Numbered from the stretch's first letter, positions 1 through 13,109 are shown. The stretch: 64,000 nucleotides of DNA from Scyliorhinus canicula (GCF_902713615.1 NW_024055720.1:1-64000), one strand, 5' to 3'. Notes: generated by a model from the letters alone, not told the origin. Numbers and translations are program-made.

Positions 1-29
1 AAAACAATAAAGGTTGTCTAAAAAATTGA

Positions 30-125
30 CAAATAGATAGATAGACAGATAGATAGATTGATGGATAGATAGATAAATATATGAAAGATAGATAGATAGA
101 GAAAGTAAGATAGATAGATAGAAGA
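30..125 (+). repeat. (GATA)n/(GAAA)n microsatellite; also (GT)n at ~1220-1290 and (CA)n at ~41960-42035
   Basis: Visible simple repeats. Confidence 0.9.
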
Positions 126-829
126 AAGAAAGAAAGAAAGGTGGAATTTTATTTTGAATATACTAACTGATTTTTATTCGTTCATGGGATGTGGATGTCG
201 CTGGCTGATCCTGCAGTTCTCACCCATCCCTGAGGGCATTTAAGAGTCAATCACATTGCTGTGGAGTCATCTGGAGTCATATGTAGGCCAGACTAGTTAA
301 GGGCGACAGGTGTCCTTCCCTGAAGGACATCAGTGAGCCAGATGGGTTTTGATTAGACAGAACAATGGTTTCATTGTCATCATTAGACTTTTAATTCCAG
401 AGTTTTCTTGATTCAAATTTCACCACCTGCCGTGGTGGGAGCCCGGGTCCCCAGAACTTGACTCTGGGTCTCTGGATTACTAATCCAGCGACAATACCAC
501 TGAGCCACTGCCTTGTGACACTCACTTGTGTTTGGAAGAATGCATTTTGTCGTATCAATCAGTATTAGCTGTTATGGAAGTTCGTTGCAAAGGCAAATAC
601 ATCTTTAAAACTCCTGCCGATCTGTTCTCATCTCTTTGTTTCAGACTACACATCGATTAATTAATATCTCTGTTCTCTCTCAGACTTAATTCACTTACAA
701 AAGCATAATGAATAACTATTTGGTGTTGTGTGATTGGTCTGGTAATGGGTGTGTAATATTTTGCTGCAAGGTTGGAGCGAATCTTGAGATATTCACTTCA
801 TCACCAGGCTGAGGAACAGAAACACAGGA

Positions 830-1000
830 GCCATATTGAACTTCACATTGCACAACACTGTCACAAACTCCATTGTGTTGGAGATGGCTAATTCAGCCTT
901 GTGTTCATCTGTGGCAATCACCCGCTGTTTCCTTTCATGGTCCGAATTGTCTTTCACCCTTTTTGCTGAATGGATTTCTGTTTGCTTTTGGTGTGGCCAC
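830..1000 (-). pseudogene. V 3' relic (copy at ~42060-42230, plus strand)
   Basis: DEHKAELAISNTM..TGTGCAATG resembles DKKNKTTELTISNTM..CAM of the V at 20224. Confidence 0.4.
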
Positions 1001-1042
1001 TGATTGTGAGAGACAGAGTCTGAAACTGTGAGTGTATGGAAT

Positions 1043-1218
1043 GAAATGAAAACTGAAAATCGCTTATTGTCACGAGTAGGCTTCAATGAAGTTACTGTGA
1101 AAAGCCCCTAGTCGCCACATTCCGGCGCCTGTCTGGGGAGGCTGGTATGGGAATCGAACCGTGCTGCTGGCCTGCTGGAAAAGCCAGCGATTTAGCGCAG
1201 TGAGCTAAACCAGCCCCT
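1043..1218 (-). mobile_element. Short tRNA-derived SINE (other copies at ~3021-3180, ~13400-13605, ~33950-34045)
   Basis: GGGGCTGGTTTAGCTCAC..GGTTCGATTCCC..CATTTCA tail recurs at several sites. Confidence 0.75.
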
Positions 1219-2849
1219 ATGTGTCTGTATGTGTGTGTGTGTGTGTGCGTATCTGTGTGTGGATAGGTGTGTCTATGTACGCGCCTGTGTGTCTATATGG
1301 GCCGATTAGTCTGGAACACATCATTATTCATTGTTTGCAAAATGGCGTTGCCAATAATTGCAATTATATTTCAGCACAGGACGACATTTTATTGAGATTA
1401 CCTTCCACATCCTATGCTGCACTCAATATGTACTTGTAATGTATTGTCCTGAGTGATCTAGACAGTAATATCAAGCTGTCCATTCAATTGAAAAGGCAAA
1501 TATATCTTTCAAATTATTTACATATCGGTTCAGCTCGCTTTCTCTGTCTCAGGCTGCACCTAAATCAGTTGAACCCTCTTTTCTCTCTCAGACTTAACTC
1601 ACTTACACAGGCACACATCAGCCGAGTCTGGAACCTAGTGTTTAAATGGCACCTCGTGTTTAAATCTTTTTTGTTGAAGGCACTTCTGAAAATAATTAAG
1701 CACCAAAACGTCATCAGAGGAACATTCCGTGCCAAAAAGGCAATGGATTATTCACTTAACCTCTCTCCCTTTCCCCCCTCTCACTCCCCCTCTCCCCGCC
1801 CCCCTCGCTCTGACACCAAGTGACTTCAAACTTTCTACATTAGTATAACCTCTGTTAACAGATTGTTGCTTTAATTTCCCTTAATCTCTCCAGATTATTA
1901 TTCGTATTATGACCAGTGAAGATCATCTGTGCATCTCCCGATCGGTTTCTAAACAAATAATATAACTTTTACAAGGGAATGGGAATGGAGGTGCATGTAA
2001 TGCTGAGAGCGGCAGCAATCTGTGTGGGTGTTCTTGATGCTGTCAGAGTGAGTTCACCCTCACAGGCAGGAAGACTGTTCACGGTGATAACATGAAACTG
2101 ACGCCTGCTGTTTCATTCTCAGGTAACACAACTTCCTGTTTCTCTGCTGCCGGTTCCAAACCGCACATCTCACTTCTGAGCAGAAAATAAATCCAGGGAC
2201 CACAATCTGGTGAGAACATCTGTCAGTGCGGCCTATATCTGCCCACAGAGTCAGGGCAGAGTCACACAGATCACATTGTGGTGACATTTACAAATGAACC
2301 TGTTGTGATCTGTTCAAAGATTCCATTCCAGGACATAACTGGATGGTCAGTGGATCAGTCACTGAGTTTCCCCGGTTCTCTGAAGCCAGGAAATTATATC
2401 TTGTTCCATTTCACTATTGTATCATTCTCCCGCTCTGGGTGTAATTTGTTTTTACTGTTTCTCAGTTGTGTCTCTCTTTCTAATTTCTTCGCTCAGTTTC
2501 ACTTCCTCTCTCTGTATCTTTCTCCATCTTTATGTGTGTCTATTTAATTAAACTGCTAAAACAAAACCATCAAGGTTTAAATCTAGTAATTAAAGAGAGA
2601 CTATTACAACTGGTAGGAGGGTCTGTAACCAGAGGACACAGATGTACCGTATTGAACAGGAGGATTGTTTTTACACAGCGAGTTGTTATAAACTGGAACA
2701 CACATCGGGAAAGTATGATGGAATCAGATTTAACAGTAACTTTGGAAAATGATGGATAAATATTTGAAAGTATTAAGATCTGAAGGATGAGAGGGAAGGG
2801 AACAGTTAGATGGTTCATCTCTAATCATTGTCCCAGCACCTTTTCTGTA

Positions 2850-3270
2850 TCTCCCTCTGTCATTCATTGAGGCCGAATAAAATACAATCATTACACAGCT
2901 TTGATCTTGTGCTAATCCTGTCTTTAGGCAGAACCTGGGTGTGTGCAGATAATTGCCACGAATCTTTCAGAGGTTCGTTGCTGTTTACAATCCACTACTT
3001 TGGACAAAGTAACAGTGGATAGGGGCTTATTTAGCTCACTGGGCTAAATCGCTGGCTTACCAAGCAGGCCAGCAGCACGGTTCAATCCCCGGGCAGGCGC
3101 CGGAATGCGGCGACTAGGGGCTTTCCACAGTAACTTCGTTGAAGCCTACTCGTGACAATAAGTGATTTTCATTTTTCATTTTCGAATAGCACTTGTTTCG
3201 AAAAAGAACAATTACCGTTAACATTTGTCGCACTAATTCTTCCTGTGATGAGGCTTTGGCTTTTAGTCTT
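2850..3270 (+). pseudogene. V relic split by a SINE (uninterrupted copy at ~40140-40400, minus strand)
   Basis: GATAATTGCCACGAATCTTTCAGAGGTTCGTTGCTGTT resembles 6281-6320 of the V at 6105; EKEQLPLTF resembles HKENTTVPLTI. Confidence 0.35.
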
Positions 3271-3870
3271 TGTGTCCGAAACTGATGATTTAAACATATG
3301 TGTCCATAAACTGGGACGGTAGGGTGGCGCAGTGGTTAGCACTGCTGCCTACGCCTCTGAAGACCCGAGTTCGATCCCGGTCCTGGGTCACTGTCCGTGT
3401 GGAGTTTGCACCTTCTTCCCGTGACTGTGTGGGTTTCACCCCCACAACCCAAATCTGTGAAGGTTAGGTGGATTGGCCGTGCTAAATATAAATAAATGGA
3501 TACTTTAAATTTACCAAAGAAATATTGGGTTCATAAGCTGCCGGAACGGGCTCTTGCGTGTCTGTGTAATTGGAGAACTGTTGGTAAGAATGAGAAGAAA
3601 CAGATGTTTTTGTTGCCCCCGACAGATGCACCAGTATAGGTGCCATAATGGTCCTCCCATTGGGTATAAACGATCCTAGGTGGAGTCAATCACACGCGCC
3701 TCACTCAATGAAGTTTCCAATCCACTTTTCCCACACACATCCCTGTCACTCAGCATGACAATGAAGCCTGGGCTCGGGCCCAAAGAATCCTTGCTTTCTG
3801 ATAGTTTCACTTCCTCTTAAAATCAACTGTTCATGAGATCCACTGCCTCCCTTAATCGAAGATTATCACC

Positions 3871-4310
3871 AGTCTCTGTTATTGATACACTGGAGCCGGT
3901 GTCTGTGATTATTATTATACCAGACCCCAGTCTGACCCCGGGCCCGGCAGTCTCTGTTGTTGATACACTGGAGCCGGTCTCTGTGATTATTATTATCCCA
4001 GACCCCAGTCTGACCCCGGGCCCGGCAGTCTGTGTTATTGATACACTGGAGCCGGTCTCTGTGATTATTATTATACCAGATCCCAGTCTGACCCCGGGCC
4101 CGGCAGCCTCTGTTACTGATACACTGGAATCGGTCTCTGTGATTATTATTATACCAGGTCCCAGTCTGACCCCGGACCCGGCAGTCTATGTTATTGATAC
4201 ACTGGAGCCGGTCTCTATGATTATTATTATACCTGACCCCAGTCTGACCCCGGGCCCGGCAGCCTCTGTTATTGATACACTGGATCCGGTCTCTGTGACT
4301 ATCATACCGG
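3871..4310 (+). repeat. 78-bp minisatellite, ~5.5 copies
   Basis: Unit translates as PVSVIIIIPDPSLTPGPAVSVIDTLE; ~2.5 copies in the paralog at ~38915-39130. Confidence 0.92.
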
Positions 4311-5958
4311 TGCGGCAGTTGTAAATCACTTCGCAAATCCAAGGAGAAAATATGTTTGTTCTTTTACAAGTGCGGAGTGGGGGGCGGCGACGAGGGGGGG
4401 GGGGGGGGGGGGGGGGGCGGTGGAGGAAAGGACGTCAAAACATCATTGATGTGCCAGTAACGAAAGGGAAAATGCTGGAAAATCTCAGCAAGTCTGGCAG
4501 CATCTGGCTGGAGAGAAAAGAGCTAACAAAAGCTTTGACTCTTTGTCAAAGCTTGACTGATGTCACTTCCTGCGGAACACATGACAGGAACATCGCCTCC
4601 AGAGCTGTGTCTGATTGGCCTGATATTATTTTTGTAAATCACAAGTTTGTGTTTATTGCAGAGGCTGAAAATCTAACCGTACATTTCGCTGATCACTAAC
4701 AGAACGGTAAAAATCAGAACGGTAAATTTGATCTCTAATTGACCTCAGCGACTGTTTAATCAATAATTGTCCTGAAAACTGTTCCCTGGAAGAATAAAAA
4801 GTGCTGGATGCAGATGAAGATGTTCTATTGATTTTAGTCTCTGTCATTAATGAAACTGAACTGGCTGCCCGGAAGGGTATAAGGGGGGGGGGGGGGGGGG
4901 GGCAGGGGGGGGGGGGGGGGGGTTAGTGAAGGGAGTCGAGTTTGATTAAGATTCTACTGTGGCGCTCAGGGAAATGGTCTCTGTGTTGTTCGTGGCATAT
5001 GCACAGAACGGGGATATACGCTATTAGTTTAGTATCCGAAACTTGTAATTTAACATACATGCATTTAACATACATTAGACGTTTGCTGCCTTCATTTTAT
5101 TCTGGCGTCTGAAGTGTAGTTATCATCTTGTGTAATTTAAAGTTCCTCCCACCAAAGAGCTGCAGCATCATATTTGTCTGTTGACTGCGGCGGAAGCGGT
5201 TACGGGTTCCTTTTTGTTACTATTGTTAATGCAGGTTAATATACACAGGAATTAATTTTAAATTATGTTTAAATTGCAGTGAAGTAACTTATTTTGACGT
5301 GTTGTGTTATATTCAATTGATTATATCATTTTCTCAATTATTTAATATTTAAATAGATTATTATTTATGTCTTATTTTTCTTCCCATTTTGAATTCCTGC
5401 ATCCACTTCATGCTTTTTTCTCACTATGTTCCTTTGTTTCTCTCTCTGTTTTTGTTGTTATCTGTTGGTTTGTCTCTCTTCGTTTCTCCGACCTTATTGT
5501 TTCCACATCACGGCACCGGGTCCCTTCACTGTACCTTGGTTCGTGAATTGGTTGAAACGGGAATTTGAGATGAATTTGATTTTCTACCCTCTGAACTTGA
5601 ATGCCACGTGAAGGAACGAAAACGAGACAGTGAAAGTGTCTCTGACAGAGAGAGAGAAAGAGAGGCGAGATACCGACAGAGAAGCCGAACAGCAGAGAGA
5701 GACAGACACGAAGAGAAAGCTGAGAGACACCAAGGCAGCGAAAATGCTGAAGGAGTTCATTAGCCCAGGAGCAAGAACGATTGGTGCCCGACTCTCACGA
5801 GAACTGAGGGACTAGCCAATCCTGACCTTGGGAAACGCCCATCAGAATCACATTGCGTGAAATCTGCAGCTGATTGGAGATTACTCTTTAATATCAGACT
5901 AGAACTGCAACTTATTTCAAACATGATTTTATTTCTTTCCAACTTTAAACCAGGCACC

Positions 5959-6408
5959 ATGTTCTCCTCATATTGCTTTATGGTGATTCTCATCCCCCTG
6001 CCCAGTGAGTAAATATTTCCTATAATATTCAATATCACACACGCACATGTTCCATATGCTATGTTCACTCCCAGACGTTTGAAACATTATGTGTCTTGTT
6101 ACAGGAACAAATGGCGAAGACGCAGTGTTCCAGGATCGATCTGAGTTAAAGGTTCTGAAAGGACAGAACGTAACACTGGATTGTAGATACTCGACAGCTT
6201 CTTTTCGAACTCTGTTCTGGTACATCCAGTATCCCGGGAAAGCTCCAAAATATTTAATGGCAATATATAGCTCTGGGGATGTAAATAATTCGCCAAATTT
6301 ACCAGCGAAGTTCTTGGCGGTTTTGCATAAAGAAAACACAACGGTTCCTTTAACTATCACCGGGGCCCTTCTCTTCGACTGCGCCGTGTATTTCTGTGCC
6401 ATGGAGCC
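5959..6408 (+). CDS. TRAV/TRDV: TCR alpha/delta-type V segment (leader 5959-6004, V exon 6105-6408), open frame
   Basis: 46-nt leader MFSSYCFMVILIPLP with gtgagt donor; acag acceptor in phase 1. V exon RTNGEDAVFQ..VTLDC..LFWYIQYPGKAP..DCAVYFCAMEP has the canonical C, W and C, followed by an RSS. Confidence 0.88.
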
Positions 6409-6446
6409 CACACTGCTGCAGAGAGAGCAGATGCCGTAAAATAACC
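6409..6446 (+). other. V RSS, non-consensus (CACACTG, 22-nt spacer, AAAATAACC)
   Basis: Read directly after the V exon; nonamer has 2 mismatches to ACAAAAACC. Confidence 0.75.
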
Positions 6447-7229
6447 CCACACTGAGAGTTCCAGTTAGTCCTCACCAGAGGGCGTTCTCTGACTGATAAA
6501 CTTTCAACATGCACAGTGAAAGCCAACGAGACTTTTCAAAATTTAAGAGCAAGCCAGGGACCCAACAAAACCAGGCAAGGGCCAATTAGGGAATTAAAGT
6601 ACTTGCTTTCAGCTCACAGCTGTAATAAAAATGAGAGTCACAAATAAATTTCTGGTGTCACCTCGTTTTTTCCTTTTGATGTTATTTCTGTGTCTGTCTG
6701 ATTTATTGTGCAGCTTTTTCCCCGTCTCCCCGTTAGTATGCCGATCCTTTTGATCACGACCGCGCACAAACTCTATATGAACAGCGTGTTTTAGTTGTCC
6801 GGATTGTTTTATTGAAAAGATTGAAATTTACAAATTAGGAACATCGAGTGTTAAAACACACCCCATGCATCAATTTCCCTCGATGTTCATGGCCTTTTGG
6901 AGTGTCTTTTTATATCTATCATATTTTCCACCAGCTTTCATAGCCCAGAGTTTCTGTCTTAAAGTGTCTAAAGAAAAATTTTCTTCTCACCCATCTCCTC
7001 CAACAGAACCAGCCCCCAAAAGGACACGGCACTGCAGCCGAGACCGAGACCGATATGTTTCTGTTCACTCGCAGTCACTTCACTATTCATCCGTTTCACA
7101 ACCGCACTGCGAACAAATGGCAGTGAACTGATAGAATCCGAAGACCTTTCAGTAGATTATTGATGGTAGGGTCAGGATCGGTATCTTCAAATACTCAACC
7201 CTCCTTTGAGAGACCGGATAGCGAGCAGA

Positions 7230-7724
7230 ATGTGACTTAGCATCAGGATATTGTGGGAATATTTCTGACAGGTAATTGTGGGCTAAACACCTTCCGCATT
7301 TTCTCCAGTTTCCAAAATAGGGTATGAATCAGAATATTAAACACTCGCCCGTCTGATAATTCCTTGTTTGAATATGCTTTTAGATCCAGGTCATGGAGGC
7401 TCTGTTTGTCAGTAGCTGACCTTAGACCTAAAGACAGTTGTAGAAGGGAAAACTGAAAAAGGTATATGCAACATCAGCTTCATTATTTATTCTGGCACAA
7501 GAGCACCAGATACACAGCGCGCGAAGTTGCACTGCAGGAATTCTGGGTGGGTAAATGAAAGTTTTGCCAAACCATATTTCACGGTAGAATTCGAGACCTC
7601 TACTAAATTCACCAGTTTAAGCTTCAAGGGGCGGCAGCTGACTGACTGTGCCGTCTATTATCTATTACTGCGTTTTGTCTGTAGGAAATGTGATGGAAAG
7701 CAGTCTTACCCCTGTACGTTTACC
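7230..7724 (+). pseudogene. TCR V pseudogene with decayed RSS
   Basis: Leader-like end (ATATTTCTGACAG|gtaatt); acceptor at ~7383; DPGHGGSVCQ* start; ..FTVEFETSTKFTSLSFKGRQLTDCAVYY, then YYCVLSV after a frameshift. RSS relic AAATGTG-23-ACGTTTACC at 7686-7724. Confidence 0.7.
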
Positions 7725-8042
7725 TTGGACAGTAGCTCAGTACTCCTGGCTGTTTGGGGGTTCTACAGAATCTCGGGCAGATTCACCCGTAATATGAGCA
7801 GCGCTGTCAGCCTCTCAAACCAAATACTGCCAACAAACCAATCTCATTTTGAATGAAAACGTCAGGATACTGGTTCCAGAAGCGGCTGAAAAAACAAACA
7901 AAATAGAATGTTGAAAATGACAGGCAGATGCAGCGCGAACGAAATGAATGGGTTAATTATTCTTTCCTGCGCCTTTTCTTTCTTTATTCTTTTTAAAAAC
8001 AGGGTTTAATGTTAGGATCAGCTCCATGGAACAGGGTACCTC

Positions 8043-8096
8043 TGACGTCACAAAGACCCGACAGACTGACGTCACAGATAGTACAGACAGACGTCA
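8043..8096 (+). promoter_or_regulatory. Cluster of CRE (TGACGTCA) motifs
   Basis: TGACGTCA at 8043 and 8067, AGACGTCA at 8089; NRF1-like ACGCATGCGCA at ~8136. Confidence 0.55.
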
Positions 8097-8435
8097 CAGA
8101 GCCTGCAGTCTGACTTTTCTGAGACGGAAGCACTGACGCATGCGCACTCTCCTGCTTGTGGCGGAACAGCAATGCTGAAGCTCCCTCATACCTTCACCCT
8201 GTTATCCACATTCCCAGGGACACCTTTCTGGCCTCTACAGTGTATCTGGTGTAGGACTCAGTTTGATGCTCAACAGCGTTGCCTTCTCTGGCAACGCCTC
8301 TCAGTTTGGGTTCTGCTGACAGCTATTTTACAAATTGGGTTTGATCTGTGATATCAATCTGAGCTTCACTTTCGTGATCCGATTCAGTGAGAGGGGATTA
8401 GAGTGCCTTGCCGGTTTTTCTACGGACTGAATGCA

Positions 8436-8859
8436 TCTCAGCCCACTGAGATACACGGCAGAGTCAGGGACAGAAGCTCAACTAATATGTAAAGCAACTG
8501 TTTCCTTGTCCTGGTCGAAATCAGCAAAAAAAAAAACCGCTCTTGTTATTCTGGAGAACTAGCCCGCTACCCCTTTCCATACCTCCTCATTAAGGATCCC
8601 GGAGCTCTGTAGAATAGTGAATGTACCAAAGAGGGAGGGATAGCTATCCGATGTATAGTAATTGCAGTTTTGTGTTACGGTCTGTCCTTCCTGAATCATC
8701 TCTGGGACATTGTGTCCATCCACTAATTCTAAAACAAAGACCAACCTGTGTCAGACATCACAGTAAATGCAAACAATGGAACATAGAAAGAAACGACTCA
8801 ACAATCCACTCACCGGGCAGCACGACCATGGTTAGCGGGAAAGGACATAGGAGAAATAT
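8436..8859 (-). pseudogene. TCR V pseudogene (same family as 27929-28366)
   Basis: 46-nt leader 8814-8859 starts ATA instead of ATG. Exon from 8728: ELVDGHNVPEMIQEGQTVTQNCNYY, frameshift at the Trp, ..ADFDQDKETVALHIS*ASVPDSAVYL. RSS collapsed. Confidence 0.8.
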
Positions 8860-11800
8860 GGCAGATGGTTTAGATTTCATCTAACAAATCAGAATGTTTT
8901 AAATATTCTGAATCTTATAGACTGACATTGAAGTGTGAACACAGAACGGGGAATGTTTCGCTTATTGTGAATCTGAGGGACAGCTGCCGAGGAAGAGGGT
9001 TGGCCGCTCTCTCAGAAATGGGACTAACAATGAACCAATCAGTGATGCTGGTGCCCTATTACTGCATGAACACTCAAAGCTATTTCTGTGCTAATCCGCT
9101 TGAGGTTGGCCTTCCATCGATGCACTTACACACACACCAGACGCACATGGAAACTCTTTCGTACAGCCACTCAAGCAGAGGCTCACAATTACAGTTAAAC
9201 AAATGTAATCGTTACCCAGTGTGGCTAAACCTATTTCAGTATATTTCTCTTTCTTGACCTTCTGCTAAGAGTTTTGCTTCAAATCTTTCTCTCTCTCTCA
9301 CACTATCGCCCATATGCTCTCCTTCCATGTGCTTGTGATAATCCTGATTATTTTGCTGTCAGTCTGGTCTCAATAAAACTCGAGCGGGATCTGTAGGTAT
9401 AGTATTATTTATTTTTTTGAAACTTGCCAGGCTGACCCGCTCTATAGAGATTCAGAACACATACAGTCTCCTGAAGCTCCCAGAACCGACTGAGGACCAA
9501 GACAAAGAAATCTCTGCACATATTCAAATGGCATCACGTTTCACATACAAGATTCCCATAGGTCATCCTATACACCTCCTGACCTGGCCATATATACTGA
9601 TTGGCTCACTTCTCATTCCTCAACCCTGGGCCTCTTGTTACCCAGCATCCTTTTCACCATCCTCTGCACGAGGCTCCCCTCCCCCTTTCTGGCCATGCTT
9701 TGCTGAATTCCTTTGTTCTTTGGCTGTGAACTCACGACCATCAGACCGGCTCTATCATCTACATTATTCTAACTAATAATCCTATTTTATATCACATTCG
9801 TTTGTTCAATTCCTCACTTGTCTCTCACTCGCCCTGCACCATCCATTTTTTGTCAGTATCACTTTCTACCTTGCTCACTGTTTCCCCCTCTCTCATCCCA
9901 TCTCTTGCAATATTTTACGAGGTTGAAAGTGAAGCAATTCCTGGTTTTGATATGACCCATTAATAATTCCAAACTTAATAACGTGAGAAACATTGTGCGC
10001 ACGATCAGAATTAAATAATGTGCACACAATGGCTTGATTAGTTGAAGTAATTTACATACATTGAAAATGTTTGCTGGGAAAAACCTTCGCCAAATTATCT
10101 CGCAGCGCCGTCTTGCATCAAGTTTTGGTAAAATAAGCATAACTGTAGACGCCGGGGAACAGCCCTGAAGACATACAAATAAACACTTCCAGACGCATAT
10201 ACAACACACACACAAGTACCCACGTACTCAAACAGACAAATACATTCTCTCACACAAATATAAACTCACATGCACATATATACACACATTCACACTTGCA
10301 GACACACACACAAAGCAAACATTGGTAGTCAGACCCTTATTGTAATCGAGTGATAGCTTTCCATATATCATTTCATAGCAAATTACACAGTTATTAATAA
10401 GGCATGACTGAATGCAGATAATTCGTTAATTGCATCCAGCAGCATGTCAGAAACATTGGCAAATGGTTCCAAACCAGGCGAAAAGATCCTGAGGATAATG
10501 CGAGAAACTGAATTCAGGGACTGTCCTTTCTCACTTCCAGTCATGAACACTTTTTCAAGGTGGATGTTTTCAACTGTCCCTCATTGGAAAAAAAAGCGGT
10601 TGGAAACTTCTGATTTTCAAGCGAGTTCCCGTTTCTGAAGGGCAGGCAGGAAATTGGACATACGGCCGCAATCTGATCAACTGTGAATTTACTGAAGGGT
10701 CGAAGGGTCAACTAATCTGCGCTCGATGCTATTTCTTATATGGTTATTCATATAATGTAGAGAGGACCAAAAGATACTTAAAAACAAGTATCTCAGGTTT
10801 CTTCGGCGGAATATCAATGTCATCGTGTTTTTAAGACCAAGGCATATACATTCCCCTTTAGGGGTTAGTCTATCGCGTGATAGGTGTGATGAGAAAGGCC
10901 GATGTTGTTGTGTTGCTAATTCCGGTGTTTCTGAGGGGAAGAGCTTCTCACTGGCCATACTAACTGTCTACGGTCTAAATAGGCAGGCAGTGAGGTAACT
11001 GAAGAGGAAATTGTGGTAAATTACAAAAATAGAAATGAAATACGGAGTGCCCCACGGGTTTGAGGAAAATGGGATTATTGGACAAACAAGTAGAATCAGT
11101 GATATTTGGGTGAAAAGATCAGTCAGAGAAGAATGGAGTTTTAAAGTGAGGGAAGTATTTTCTGAGAAGTCAGATCATGTTAAGGAGCGGAACCAGGATG
11201 ATCCTGAATTAGTCCTTCATTGGAGGAAGTGATCAGCTGGAGCAGATATACACACTCTCAGACCGATCAGCATTGGTGACCTATCCGATGCCACGAATGG
11301 GTCATGTGCAGCAATGTCCCCAACAGCACAATCGTTTCAGAATGAAAATGGGAACAGCAAACGGAAGCTGCGCCCCAGGACACCGCAGATTCTAAACTAG
11401 TCAGACTGTGCGGCTGGTATCAGCTGCAGGCGGGATTGCCGGAGCGGAAATAGCGACGGTTGAATGTCTGGAGCCTTGTGACCATCCTGCACCTGCGCCC
11501 TGCTCAAGTGAGAATAATTAGTGGGGGACTGGCATGAATCGCCCAGAAGTATCGAAAATTAGGGAACGCAATGAGCATTCGGCTTACCGTGCACGTGCCT
11601 ATTTGACAATGCTATCCCAATCGTCTTTCGCGCCCTACATTTTCCATATTGCTTTCCCTTCCCAGATTATGACTTTTGAAATTTGCTATTGAATCTTCTT
11701 TCATTATTTTACGCGTCGTGTTCTAGATGATAACAAATCGGAATGTTATGAATAAATACATCATTCTCTATGGTATTTTTCCATGAAATCGGAATGATTT

Positions 11801-12302
11801 GTCATTGGAACTGCTGCTAATGGGATCAATTACAGACGATCTACGCTTCGAAATGGCATATTTTTCAGCAAAACGATTGAGTCTTGCTTCCACGTCCTTT
11901 GTGACAGGTAAATGAAGCCAAAGTTCTCTGGGTCTTTTGCATAAACGGCCCTCGCCTCTGGTAATCTTTAAATATATAACATCCGCTCTTTCTCCAAAGT
12001 CCTAACACTGCTTCTCATTTGTCGTACACCGGATTTGGAAACGGCCAGCAAAGATTTCATTGATTAAGCATCCCTTTCTGACGTTAACATCAACAGCAGT
12101 AAAAACTGTTTCGTAGCAGATCCAATTTAGATTTCTGGGAAACATTCGTGTTTTCTTGTGTATTTCAATTCACCCTGAATCCATTCAGTGGCTGCATTGT
12201 AACTGGAATGAAACTACTCCGACACCAGGGGGCGCCACCTTCAAACATGGGCATGCTGAAGTTCCGTGACGGCACCGTCAACACCAATAGGTGTTGGGGT
12301 CA

Positions 12303-12312
12303 GAGTGATGTC
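12303..12312 (+). promoter_or_regulatory. TCR V promoter decamer AGTGATGTCA (CRE-like)
   Basis: Exact decamer ~125 nt upstream of the ATG at 12438; equivalents at 17546 and 22556. Confidence 0.7.
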
Positions 12313-12437
12313 ACAATGGGCTTTACCCCCTGCAGTGTGTGAGTGGAACATTGAGCTGAACAGAGCGCGGGTTCCCTCTCCTCCTCTCAATCTCTGACTC
12401 ATTCCATTCCCATTCACTCAGAGAGAATCAGTCAGAC

Positions 12438-12950
12438 ATGTTTCTGCTAATAATGGCGGCGCTATTGGACGGTAAGTAATGGATAATGTTCATAAAATCA
12501 GATTACCAGGTTATAGATTGGAATTACATTTAATATAATTAACGATCAAAAATATCCACATGATGAGTAGTGGAGTTTCCGCAAACTCACGGATATACAA
12601 ACAAATGTAGATGAATTGCGTTTAGACCATTGATGTTTCGTTTCTCTCCCTTTACAGGCGGGCTAAGCGCAGATCCAGTAACTCAGTCACCGGTGACAAC
12701 AACTGTATTGGAAGGAGGTTCAGTGCGGCTGGATTGTGAATATACAGCCTCGAATATGCAGTCCATGCAATGGTATCATAAGAAGGCGGCACAGCCACCA
12801 ATCTGGATTATTAGCAAGTTATTAGATCTGAAGGAAGATGAACTTTCAGGACGATATCTGGCGGCTGCTGACAAGTCTAAACAGACCGGTTACCTCAATA
12901 TCAGCGCTCTCAGTGTGGAGGACGGGGCGGTCTATTACTGTGCAATGAGG
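12438..12950 (+). CDS. TRAV/TRDV: TCR alpha/delta-type V segment (leader 12438-12471, V exon 12658-12950), apparently functional
   Basis: Leader MFLLIMAALLDG with gtaagt; V exon GLSADPVTQSP..VRLDCEY..MQWYHKK..EDGAVYYCAMR; RSS follows. Confidence 0.92.
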
Positions 12951-12989
12951 CACAGCGTTAGAGAGCAGCTAGAGCACCGTACAGAAACC
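12951..12989 (+). other. 23-RSS (CACAGCG-23-ACAGAAACC)
   Basis: Spacer counted directly. Confidence 0.9.
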
Positions 12990-13109
12990 TCAGCGAGTAT
13001 TCACAGCTCCACTGAATCTGCTTTCCTGCTCCTATCTGCGGGAATTCTTTAATCCTGGATTCACGAACTCAGTCAGGTCTATTTATCGGACAGTTATATT
13101 GGTGTCTCC

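Larger units (their letters stand above)
165..4370 (+). repeat. Arm 1 of an inverted segmental duplication
   Basis: Colinear reverse-complement similarity to ~38850-43016 plus 53231-53435; ORF pairs 1488/41397, 2060/40950, 2278/40678, 2828/40205, 3833/38770. Confidence 0.9.

Noticed and set aside
1990-2420. Leader-like GTGAGT, 80-nt intron and VTQLPVSL start, considered as an Ig-like (TAILV/IgHV) segment
   Set aside because: No C, W, YxC or RSS was recoverable in either copy; at most an unassignable relic.
3310-3400. tRNA genes at SINE heads
   Set aside because: A/B boxes continue into SINE bodies; no complete cloverleaf.
3871-4310. Regular repeat as a CRISPR array
   Set aside because: Eukaryotic context and no unique spacers; it is a tandem minisatellite.
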